Assembly (NCBI GenBank): GCA_021734045.1 | Contig: JAIPJR010000002.1 | Coordinates: forward strand, 1-63,413 | Length of the DNA: 63,413 nt | Source of the DNA: Fidelibacterota bacterium | GTDB lineage: Bacteria > Fidelibacterota > UBA8477 | Direction of reading: 5' to 3' | Part shown: positions 28,664 to 37,392 of the stretch, in pieces | Numbering within the stretch: the stretch's first letter is position 1 | Layout: each line of letters opens with the position of its first letter | Position numbers and translations under genes: made by a program | The notes under the pieces: generated by a model | The model's input: only the letters and a program-made list of their open reading frames with translations | Databases searched by the model: none | What the model was told of the DNA's origin: nothing

Positions 28664-31000
28664 ATGCCATCTCAGTCCTACAAGTTAAAAGTTTACAAGC
28701 CTTTGGTGAGTCTTTTAGTCGTCTTTCTCATGCTGTTCCCCATCTCACTGGGCGCGCAGTCACTGAATAACTACACCTTCTGTCTGGATCCGGGTCATGG
28801 CCACGGGAATCCAAATACCGGTCCCACCGGGCTGCACGAACACATCATCAATATGCGTGCCAGCCGAGCCCTTTCCGACCTGCTCTACAGCGTGAACGCG
28901 GACACTGTAATTCTCACCCGCGACGAATTCACCACCGCGGACCCCACGCTATCCCAACGGGAGCAAATCGCCAATTCTAACAATGTGGACTGGTTCCATT
29001 CCGTGCATCACAATGCCACCGGTTGGCCGGAAAATCCCTCCGTGCGTTACACGCTGGTGCTCTATTCCCAAAATGGGGATGAAACACCCCTGAATCCCGG
29101 TTCAGAAGCCATGTCGCCCCTCATTTCCCAACGCATTTTCCAGGGACTGCGCACTTCAGAGTTCAGGGTTTTCGGCGATTTTAATTTCTACGGCTCCCCC
29201 AATTACCTGGGCGTCCTCAATGACCTCACCATGCCCAGTGAGTTATCCGAAGCCACATTCCACGATAATCCCGGCGAAGAAGCGAAATTATACAATCCTG
29301 ATTTCACCCGCATGGAGGGCCGCGGCATTTTCTACGGGATGCTGGACTATTTCACCAGCACCAATTACTGGAATGGTGTCATTTCCGGCATCATTACTGA
29401 TAGCGATTCCGGTGAGCCCCTGGACAGCGTTCGCGTAACCCTCACACCCGGAGATTCGGTCCACTATACCGATAATTACCACTCCGGCTATTACGCTTTT
29501 CACAACCTGGCACCCGGGCAATATGTGGTGTCCATCGAGAAGGAAAATTACGTCGACCTTTTCGACACGGTTCAGGTTCATCCTGGTATTTTTGATTTTG
29601 CCGATTTTGCCACCGGCAGTACGGCACCTCCCGAACTCATCGGTTCTACACCCACCGACAGCAGTACCGGATTTGGGATTTGGGAAAATCTGAGTCTGAC
29701 ATTTTCCCGTCCCATGAATCGCGTGAGTGTGGAGGAAGCAATCTGCCTCTGTTCTGTCGATGATACCATGGCTGTGCGATTTTCCTGGGACGCCACCAGT
29801 GAAAATGTCACCCTTAATCCCCTGGGGGCACTACAGCCCGACACATGGTACGAGTTGTCTGTTGATACAACTGCCACCGATTTATTCGGTCATCCGTTGA
29901 TTCCCGATCCGGCCGGTTCCGTTCATTTTCAAACCGCCTACACGTACGACCAGATGATCCCCATCGCCCTCTCCCCAACCGAGCAGGAGCACAATGTTTC
30001 TTTGTACAACACAATCAGCATTACCTTCTCCCGCCCGCTGGCAGACGGTGTGAATTACGCCAATTCCATCGTGATTCTCAGCGACAATTTCCGCCGGATT
30101 AACGGCCGCGTGGATGTGGATGCCTCAAACGAAGGAATTGAAAATGTCCTGACGCTGATCCCGGATACACCACTGCAGACCAATCGGAGCTATACCGCCA
30201 CACTCATGTCCAGCATTGCTGATACGGGTGGAATGACAATGGCAAATCACTTCACGTGGACCTTTCATGCCACGGACCGGTCGTTTCAAACCAGCCGCAT
30301 GGACTCCGGCCAGTCGCTGACCAATTGGGAAGTGGATTACCTCACCAATGCCACGGTAGCACCGGTTCTGGCCACAATCCCGGCGATCCATGATTCCTTT
30401 GCAATTGCGGTGACACTCAATCAAACAGAACCGCAGAATCCATCAACAGCAGGACTCCGCTGGACAGGCAGTCCACTGGAGGTCCATCCAAACCAGGTAT
30501 TCGGATTCTACGCCAAAGGACTGCCGCCGGTGATTTTTGATTCCAATGGCAGCATACTGGCAAATTTTGAGGCATCACCGGGCTGGCATTTCTATACCTG
30601 GTCAGCAGAATTCGCCACCACGTTGGGAGGCATCGGCTTTTCACTGCCTGCTGACAGTTCTGAAGGAACCGGCTATCTGGATGAGGTGGTTTCGCTCACG
30701 GACATTACCCCTCTGGCGAACGAAACGGGAACCCTCCCCACTGAGTTCAAGCTGTTTGCCTATCCAAATCCATTTAATCCACAAGTGCACCTGGTCCTGC
30801 CGGATGTACCCGGTTCGAAAAAATTATTCCTTTACAGTCTGCGTGGAGAACTGGTGCTGGAGACCTACATTCCCGCTTATCAACGCAAGATTGACCTGAA
30901 CTTTCAGCAAATACTGCCTAATGCTCCCAGTGGTGTTTATCTGGCGCGGATTCGTACAAATGCAAAGGAATACAGCACTAAACTTCTATATTTGAAATAG
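28664..31000 (+). CDS. Secreted N-acetylmuramoyl-L-alanine amidase (Amidase_3 domain) with Ig-like domains and T9SS C-terminal sorting domain
   Basis: 778 aa with a signal peptide. Amidase_3 blocks are CLDPGHGHG, WFHSVHHNA and SELSEATFHDNPGEE. A CarboxypepD_reg-like segment (ISGIITDSDSGEPLDSVRVTL) and SbsA-Ig-like repeats follow. The CTD is at 30746-30997 (YPNPFNPQ...SGVYLARI). Confidence 0.85.
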   Translation: MPSQSYKLKVYKPLVSLLVVFLMLFPISLGAQSLNNYTFCLDPGHGHGNPNTGPTGLHEHIINMRASRALSDLLYSVNADTVILTRDEFTTADPTLSQREQIANSNNVDWFHSVHHNATGWPENPSVRYTLVLYSQNGDETPLNPGSEAMSPLISQRIFQGLRTSEFRVFGDFNFYGSPNYLGVLNDLTMPSELSEATFHDNPGEEAKLYNPDFTRMEGRGIFYGMLDYFTSTNYWNGVISGIITDSDSGEPLDSVRVTLTPGDSVHYTDNYHSGYYAFHNLAPGQYVVSIEKENYVDLFDTVQVHPGIFDFADFATGSTAPPELIGSTPTDSSTGFGIWENLSLTFSRPMNRVSVEEAICLCSVDDTMAVRFSWDATSENVTLNPLGALQPDTWYELSVDTTATDLFGHPLIPDPAGSVHFQTAYTYDQMIPIALSPTEQEHNVSLYNTISITFSRPLADGVNYANSIVILSDNFRRINGRVDVDASNEGIENVLTLIPDTPLQTNRSYTATLMSSIADTGGMTMANHFTWTFHATDRSFQTSRMDSGQSLTNWEVDYLTNATVAPVLATIPAIHDSFAIAVTLNQTEPQNPSTAGLRWTGSPLEVHPNQVFGFYAKGLPPVIFDSNGSILANFEASPGWHFYTWSAEFATTLGGIGFSLPADSSEGTGYLDEVVSLTDITPLANETGTLPTEFKLFAYPNPFNPQVHLVLPDVPGSKKLFLYSLRGELVLETYIPAYQRKIDLNFQQILPNAPSGVYLARIRTNAKEYSTKLLYLK

Positions 31001-31024
31001 TAAAATGAAATTTGAGAGGCACAT

Positions 31025-31942
31025 ATGATTCGTCGCATGACCATGACTCTACTTCTGATCACGCTGATTTTCACAAGCCATTCCCTGGCTGCCCAGCCGG
31101 AAGCACTTACGCCTGCCGGACGGGCATTCATCGGTCCCATCTGGTCGCCCTCCGGTGAGTACATCGCCGTAAGCGAAAGTGGTTATCAGGGCGTTTGGCT
31201 GATTAACATGATTAATGGTAAGTTAACCCAGCTCAACAATGCCAATGCTGCCGGTTTTGGTATGGCCTGGAGTCACGATGGACGCTATCTGGCCACCACA
31301 GAAAACAAGGCCCGGTCCATTCCCCGCCGAACAGCCGTGATGATTTACGATACGCAAACAGGTGAGAATACAAACCTGTCTGGTTTTGAAGAACGGCTGA
31401 TTGGTACCCTGACCTGGTCGCCGGATGACCAAAACCTCTTCCTGATTGGACATTTTCCCCTGCGCAATGCAGTATTTTCCCGCACGGAAAAAACCTCACC
31501 CGCCGGGTATAATTTCTTTTCCATCCTCCACGACCAGATTGTGGAATACAATACGGCCTCACAAGTCATGCTTACGCTGCAAACCGGTCAGCGCTATCTC
31601 AATCTGCGCCCCTCACCGGACGGGCAAACCTTCGTGTGTGAAATTATTGGTGGAGGTTTGATTATCGGGAATAGTCGCGGGCTCATTGCCCAGACTGATG
31701 CCGGCGAGCGCCCACGCTGGAGCGCTGATGGTCAATATATCGTCTATCAAATCGCGAAAGATGACGGCCACCGGATTACCCAATCCGAAATCTGGCGCAT
31801 GACAGCAGATGGCAGCGAACTTCTCCAAATCACGGACACACCGGATCTTATCGAACTGAACCCCTCCCTTGCTCCAGATAATCGCCGTGTGGTTTATGAG
31901 GAGCGTAATTCCCGGCGCATCTATACGCTGGAGCTGGAATAG
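31025..31942 (+). CDS. PD40/TolB-like beta-propeller repeat protein (secreted)
   Basis: 305 aa with a signal peptide. Repeated WSPDG/PSPDG/WSADG-type PD40 motifs (WSPSGEYIA, WSHDGRYLA, WSPDDQNL, PSPDGQTF, WSADGQYIVY, LAPDNRRVVY). It starts 25 nt after the amidase stop, with RBS GAGAGG. Confidence 0.7.
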   Translation: MIRRMTMTLLLITLIFTSHSLAAQPEALTPAGRAFIGPIWSPSGEYIAVSESGYQGVWLINMINGKLTQLNNANAAGFGMAWSHDGRYLATTENKARSIPRRTAVMIYDTQTGENTNLSGFEERLIGTLTWSPDDQNLFLIGHFPLRNAVFSRTEKTSPAGYNFFSILHDQIVEYNTASQVMLTLQTGQRYLNLRPSPDGQTFVCEIIGGGLIIGNSRGLIAQTDAGERPRWSADGQYIVYQIAKDDGHRITQSEIWRMTADGSELLQITDTPDLIELNPSLAPDNRRVVYEERNSRRIYTLELE

Positions 31943-31982
31943 CATCCTCCGATACTCAATACGCATTGCTTGATTGAACGAC

Positions 31983-32017
31983 AAAAAAAACAGCCCCCCA
32001 ATGAGGGCTGTTTTTTT
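31983..32017. terminator. Bidirectional rho-independent terminator between convergent genes
   Basis: A-run, then a CAGCCC-8 nt-GGGCTG hairpin, then a T-run (TTTTTTT). Confidence 0.75.
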
Positions 32018-32061
32018 GAGTTATGATTGTCCGGAAAATGGCAACTATTCAGTTCGCCAAA

Positions 32062-32568
32062 TTACCACTGAAACGCATCCAGATCGGTAATCGCTTGGTC
32101 AAAATTGGTGGTATCACCTTGCCACCAAATCAGCGTTTCATTATCCCGGAAGATGAAATGCGCCTTGCCCATTCCTAATGTGGTGAATTGAACCTTATCA
32201 CCCTTGTTCATCACCTTCAATGGTGAAAAAACCGGTGTGCCGCGGGACATTTTCATGGACATGTCCATAAAATCCTGCTTGGCAGACTGCTCATCAGGGA
32301 AGATACTGAGATAAAGAATGTTCTTATTTTCTTTGGGACCATAATACCCAATCACGTACTCGTCCGTGCCCAAACTTTTTCCGTGCATATCATTAATGAT
32401 TTTCGTGGCGTCCGATCCCCGAACCACCTCGGATAATGTCTCTCCGGCGATGGCTTGAGGCAGTTTGCTGTTGTCGGCTTTTGATGAACAGGTCCAGGTC
32501 GCCAATAGCAGGAAGAGCATGGTGAGAACCAAGATCACACGGGTTCGGGTCGTTTTTGGAATAATCAT
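32062..32568 (-). CDS. Hypothetical lipoprotein
   Basis: 168 aa with a signal peptide and lipobox-like LATWTC. No family recognised. Confidence 0.6.
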   Translation of the reverse strand: MIIPKTTRTRVILVLTMLFLLLATWTCSSKADNSKLPQAIAGETLSEVVRGSDATKIINDMHGKSLGTDEYVIGYYGPKENKNILYLSIFPDEQSAKQDFMDMSMKMSRGTPVFSPLKVMNKGDKVQFTTLGMGKAHFIFRDNETLIWWQGDTTNFDQAITDLDAFQW

Positions 32569-32677
32569 GGGAATCCTCTCTTGTCAGTATTTTGTCATGA
32601 TTTTACAGGAATTAAGTCCTGAGAAATTTGCTGTTACACTCACCTACACAGGCAAAATCTTATCCAATTTCACCCCA

Positions 32678-35600
32678 TTAACGCAGCAGAAGGATTTTCT
32701 GAGTTTGATTGAATTCGGCCGCGCTAAGGCGGACCAAATAAAGCCCCGAAGCCGCCAATTGTCCGTCATCATTCAAACCATTCCAGCGCACCTGGTGATA
32801 ACCCGGCTGGACGACGTCATCAACCAGCGTCCGTATGCTCCGCCCCAGAATGTCGTACAGTTCAAGCTTAATATGCCCCGCTTCTGGGATAGCTACGGTG
32901 AAATGCGTAACCGGATTGAATGGATTGGGATACGCCGGACTCAGGGAAAAACTCGCCGGAAGCGCATCCTGGGCGAGATTCACGTAGCGCTCAAGGAAAA
33001 AATGAAAAGCCGTATCGGCTAATGCATATTCTGTCTGATTCATGGCCATCACCCACCAGGCAATTCCGGTAGAATCCCGCTCTAATGCCAGCAGAGTGTC
33101 CATAGTAACCATCAGCGATGTATCGCCGGCCGCTGGTAAAACCAGGGTATCCAGGTTGGTCACCAGGTAGAGTAAATAGGTATTCTCCACACCCACATCC
33201 GCATCCGCTACCGCCGACCAGTGAAAGTTCACATTCTCCATGGAGTCCATAATCACGGTGTCCGGGGGTGGATGAATCAGGTGAAATTCCGTCATTGGCT
33301 GCAAACTCCGCGGCGGTAACACGAGCGTAAATGTATCAGGGGACATGAGGGTGTCGCTCTGACTATATACGCGGACCGTCCAGTCCAGATTAAACGTCTG
33401 TGTGAAATTCCAGTCCGTATCTCGGAGATCCAGCCACATTGAAGGCTCCCCAAGTCTGTTAGCACTCAGCCAGTTGGAGTCAGAATCGGGGTGGTAGAGA
33501 AAATCATACCGCACATCAGCGCCAACATCCGGATCCTGGGCTGTCGTCCACAGGAAGTCCACCTCGTTATCCCCCCAGGCGCTGCCATTTTGCGGTTGGA
33601 GCAGATTCACATTGGTAACCGGCGTGTCATTTATTTCGCCCACAATCTGCAAATCGTCCAGATACCAACCCAACCGTGTTGTATTGGCGTCGGAGGCAAA
33701 TTGAAACTGAATCATCACCGTCTGATTGACGAAATCGCTCAGATCACAAATCACCCGCCGCCAACCATTAGACGTACCTGAAAATACCGGCTCACCGTTC
33801 ATGAGATTGGACTGGGCGTTCACTGTATGGGTATAGCCGCCCACCGGCGTGATACGCTCCCAACTCTCCCCGCCATCTACGGATATACGGATATTGCCGC
33901 CATCATATGCGCGGGTGGGATAAGTGCTGGAAGATTCCAGCTCATACCAGTGATAAAAACTCAAATACTGGAAGCCATAGCCGTTAAGATCAATGGGCGG
34001 CGTGGTCAGGCGGGTGTAGGAGTAATTAGCATAATTGGAAAGCAGGTTGGTTCCCCAAACTTTCGTTCCCGAATGAGCGGTGGGTGCGGCGGTTTGGGGG
34101 ACACCCCATTGCCAGCGGGTGGTTCCCAAGACATAACTGGATTCAAAGCCGCTGTCATTCTCCTCCAGATCTGTATCAAGCCAGTCCCGCGGGGCTTCAC
34201 TGGGAAGGCATAAAAAATAACCTGAATCCGGGTAGGTAAATGGCGCACTGAGTCCGGTTATTTCCTTCAATTTTATCTGATAATAAATGGTATCCAACCC
34301 GGCGACTTGCCCTGCTGCCAATTGTAATGTCCCAATCCAGCGTGTCCACGTGTAGGGCTCCAGGTCAGAGCGCCCCAGGAAACCACCATTCCCGTCAAAT
34401 ACCTCCACCCACACCGAATCAAAGTCGATAATTGAGGTGTTCTCCAGCATAACTACCGGTGGCCAATCCTCTAGCGGGAATTCATTCATTTCCCGGTGAA
34501 AAATATCCGGTGTCTCCAAATCGGGGATATAGTTCAATAGCGAATCAGACATAGGACTTTCATTGCCAAAATGATCCCGCGCGGTGATGCGAAAATTGAG
34601 CGGCGTCAGGCTGGGCAAGTCATCAATAATGGTGGCGTTCTCCCGCATATCCGAAAGATGCACATCCTGGGTCAGATCCCAGTAGGGTGATTCGGTGGAA
34701 ATGGGATTAGTGTCATAGTAAATACGGTACGTCTTAAAATTTGTATCCTCCACCGGATCCCAGGCCAAAGCCATGAAGGTGTCACTGATGAAGGTTGCCC
34801 GGAAGTCGGATGGCGTCGCAGGCGCAATGGTATCCGGCGCCGTCTCCCAATGGGTCAGATAACTCTCCACAGCATCGCGGAAGGGCTGGTAATATTCCAG
34901 AATTTTGGAATAATTTCGCCAGCCGCGCGGCATTACCGGCCGGTTATAGAGCGAATCCAGTGTCATGTTTAAATCGTCAAAAAGCTGCGGCTTCTCATCC
35001 ATCTCAATCTGAACCCAGGGTTCGAACACACTCCAGCCGGGGATGGATTGGCGCAGGTAATTCATCTGTACACCGGTAATTGGTCCTAGCAGGTAATAGG
35101 TGTGAGGCATGGGATATTGATCGAAGGCACCATAATAATTAAAAACACCATCGTAATGTACCTGATAGTAATTATCCACCCGTACCGACCCGTGAAAACC
35201 GAATTGACCTGCTGAAACAGGATACTCCGAGGTAAAATTAACAAAATCCAGATGATCAGCCGTCACATCCCTGATGGGCTTATTAGCATAACCTGCATCC
35301 CATCCACCGGAGAGCACGATGGATTTGTAATTTTCATGCGCTTCGTTATTATCAAAACTGTGCGTATGTAAAACCAGCGGTGCGTGGGGCTCAGTGGTAT
35401 TCAGCAACGAGTCGCATAAGACCTCGTGGAAAACCTGAAATAACGTATTGTCGTTACGAGCCGGATCGGACAGCGAAGAATTATTGGAATAATCGCCAAT
35501 GCCGGTCCACTTGACCTCGCGTCCTGATCCTGCCAGCATATACACCCAGGCATCAATCTGCCGGAAGAGCGCCAGGCCGTTATAAGGGGCGATAAAATCG

Positions 35601-36169
35601 TCATTGGGATGAGGCACCTCTACCAGGACGAAATCCCGGGCGGCCATTGGATTGAAAATGTACAAGCCCCAGCCATTCCGGAAACTACCCACCACATCAT
35701 CGGTTGGATCGGGTGTCAGGCTTGTATCCACATAACTTTCGTCCAGCCGCTCACGAAGCATCCAGTAGGTTTTACTCTCCGTCGTGTCCTGGAACCGCAC
35801 CAAATCGTAGCGAAAACTCGCCACCGAATCAGCCAGCATCTGCGCCACACTCAGGGTATCCATGATGATGAGTCGCTGAAAAATCTCACGCCAATACGCC
35901 AGGGTCGTACCGCCTGAAGGCAAAATGCGATAATCACCAAATCCGTTGGTCTGGGGATCAAGCCACACCGGACCGTAATCATTATAACCGGGGTCAACAA
36001 TGCCTTCCGAAATATGACTCACGTAATTGTCATACGCCGTCGTGGATGATGTGCCACCGATGAATTCCTTCAGGTCACCCGATTCATACAGGATCTGACC
36101 GGAACTGCTCACCGTCAGCACCAATACCATTATCACCGTATTAAAAATTTTCATGAGATCCGATTCCAT
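32678..36169 (-). CDS. Large (1163 aa) secreted protein: unrecognised N-terminal domain, FN3-like and jelly-roll-like domains, T9SS C-terminal sorting domain
   Basis: Signal peptide, with a likely start at the ATG at 36154 (MKIFNTVIMVLVLTVSSSGQ). FN3-like segment PSDFRATFISDTFMALAWDPVEDTNFKTYRIYY. MAM/LamG-like segment ...DGGNIRISVDGGESWERI...GWYLDDLQIVG. The CTD is at 32681-32950 (YPNPFNPVT...SGLYLVRL). Confidence 0.85.
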   Translation of the reverse strand: MESDLMKIFNTVIMVLVLTVSSSGQILYESGDLKEFIGGTSSTTAYDNYVSHISEGIVDPGYNDYGPVWLDPQTNGFGDYRILPSGGTTLAYWREIFQRLIIMDTLSVAQMLADSVASFRYDLVRFQDTTESKTYWMLRERLDESYVDTSLTPDPTDDVVGSFRNGWGLYIFNPMAARDFVLVEVPHPNDDFIAPYNGLALFRQIDAWVYMLAGSGREVKWTGIGDYSNNSSLSDPARNDNTLFQVFHEVLCDSLLNTTEPHAPLVLHTHSFDNNEAHENYKSIVLSGGWDAGYANKPIRDVTADHLDFVNFTSEYPVSAGQFGFHGSVRVDNYYQVHYDGVFNYYGAFDQYPMPHTYYLLGPITGVQMNYLRQSIPGWSVFEPWVQIEMDEKPQLFDDLNMTLDSLYNRPVMPRGWRNYSKILEYYQPFRDAVESYLTHWETAPDTIAPATPSDFRATFISDTFMALAWDPVEDTNFKTYRIYYDTNPISTESPYWDLTQDVHLSDMRENATIIDDLPSLTPLNFRITARDHFGNESPMSDSLLNYIPDLETPDIFHREMNEFPLEDWPPVVMLENTSIIDFDSVWVEVFDGNGGFLGRSDLEPYTWTRWIGTLQLAAGQVAGLDTIYYQIKLKEITGLSAPFTYPDSGYFLCLPSEAPRDWLDTDLEENDSGFESSYVLGTTRWQWGVPQTAAPTAHSGTKVWGTNLLSNYANYSYTRLTTPPIDLNGYGFQYLSFYHWYELESSSTYPTRAYDGGNIRISVDGGESWERITPVGGYTHTVNAQSNLMNGEPVFSGTSNGWRRVICDLSDFVNQTVMIQFQFASDANTTRLGWYLDDLQIVGEINDTPVTNVNLLQPQNGSAWGDNEVDFLWTTAQDPDVGADVRYDFLYHPDSDSNWLSANRLGEPSMWLDLRDTDWNFTQTFNLDWTVRVYSQSDTLMSPDTFTLVLPPRSLQPMTEFHLIHPPPDTVIMDSMENVNFHWSAVADADVGVENTYLLYLVTNLDTLVLPAAGDTSLMVTMDTLLALERDSTGIAWWVMAMNQTEYALADTAFHFFLERYVNLAQDALPASFSLSPAYPNPFNPVTHFTVAIPEAGHIKLELYDILGRSIRTLVDDVVQPGYHQVRWNGLNDDGQLAASGLYLVRLSAAEFNQTQKILLLR

Positions 36170-36277
36170 GGTTTGCCAGAAGATGCCACTATCCGGGGCT
36201 TAGTTTAGCCTCGAAGGTTGCAAATACCATGCTATTATCAAATGCTGGGATGAAAAAAGGGATTGAAATCGATTGGA

Positions 36278-37237
36278 TCAGGAAGGGTGCCGGCAACCAC
36301 CATAAATTTCATTGGTGAGACAGTGCACCGACCCGCCGGCGTAGCGAAAATAGCTCAATGGCGTCACGAAGCGCAGAATTCCCAGCTCCTTTAATCGAGC
36401 CTCAACACCTGGGGTAACAAATTCAGCGCAATTCACCATCACACCCGGCGCTACCAACGCGTTCACCGCATACGAGCCCAATTCCTCTCCCCGACCGCTG
36501 GAATCTTCCAATTCAATATCGATAATGGGCACACCCAATTTTTCCAGCCGCATCAGGCTTTCCGGTGTCAGCGCCTGTTTCGCCGTGATGATACCGGCCA
36601 ATGTGTTGGATTCACTGACGATGGGGGTAAAAACCGTATCCAGGTGATACCCTTCCGATTGAATCATAATGAATTCGTCCGGCTGAATCAGACTCCGGGC
36701 AAAATCATGCCCTGCTTCATTGGAGCGTGAGAGGCCACCGAAATAAAATCGAGCATCCCGAGTTTCCAGGTAATTAATATCACCACCCTCCAGCCGTGCG
36801 TTTCCCGGCAGTGTGATGATGGTTTTATTGAATTTTCGCTCAACCAGCCGGGCGTGGTATTCACTCTCATATTCCCGGTCATGCACGCTGAAATGTGCTT
36901 TAATCCACAGATTCTTGTACATGATTCCGGCGTCCCGCACGAAGACCGCATCATGGTAGAGGCTGCCGGGTTGATTTAACTGGGGAGGAAAGGGGACCAC
37001 ATGGAGATGAAATCCCGCCAAAAGGAGCGTATCGATAAAATTGAGCCACTCCTGACGCAACACCATCTGATCCGGGACAATGCCGTTTCGATGGGCATAA
37101 AAAGTGGCGTAATTAAGACTCTCCTCCGTTTCACCGCGGTGCACCGGATAGCCGTCGTACCAGACGCCTTTTACATCCTTAGTAACCGGTGGGAGTCCCA
37201 GGACAATGATCTCATTGCAAATATCGTTTATACCCAC
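36278..37237 (-). CDS. Guanidino-group-modifying enzyme superfamily protein (arginine deiminase / DDAH / amidinotransferase fold)
   Basis: 319 aa. It contains the HLDTVF block and the C-terminal nucleophile block GGSVHCLTNE, both characteristic of the ADI/DDAH/amidinotransferase fold. It is shorter than canonical ArcA. Confidence 0.7.
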   Translation of the reverse strand: MGINDICNEIIVLGLPPVTKDVKGVWYDGYPVHRGETEESLNYATFYAHRNGIVPDQMVLRQEWLNFIDTLLLAGFHLHVVPFPPQLNQPGSLYHDAVFVRDAGIMYKNLWIKAHFSVHDREYESEYHARLVERKFNKTIITLPGNARLEGGDINYLETRDARFYFGGLSRSNEAGHDFARSLIQPDEFIMIQSEGYHLDTVFTPIVSESNTLAGIITAKQALTPESLMRLEKLGVPIIDIELEDSSGRGEELGSYAVNALVAPGVMVNCAEFVTPGVEARLKELGILRFVTPLSYFRYAGGSVHCLTNEIYGGCRHPS

Positions 37238-37392
37238 AGCCCGTTCCTGCTTTCCCGCTCAATCATTATTTCACAATTCAACCATTTACAGCATCTTGTT
37301 TTCGGTCACCCGCGTTCTAAACAACCCCTACCCATCCAGAAACTGAGCACCCCCAAACTACTCACGACTCTCTACTAACTGCTTTCTACTAA

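Noticed and set aside
32465-33022. 185-aa plus-strand ORF spanning the gap between two minus-strand genes
   Set aside because: It overlaps the 5' end of the lipoprotein gene and the T9SS CTD-coding 3' end of the 1163-aa gene. Both of those have strong protein-level support. This ORF has no motifs.
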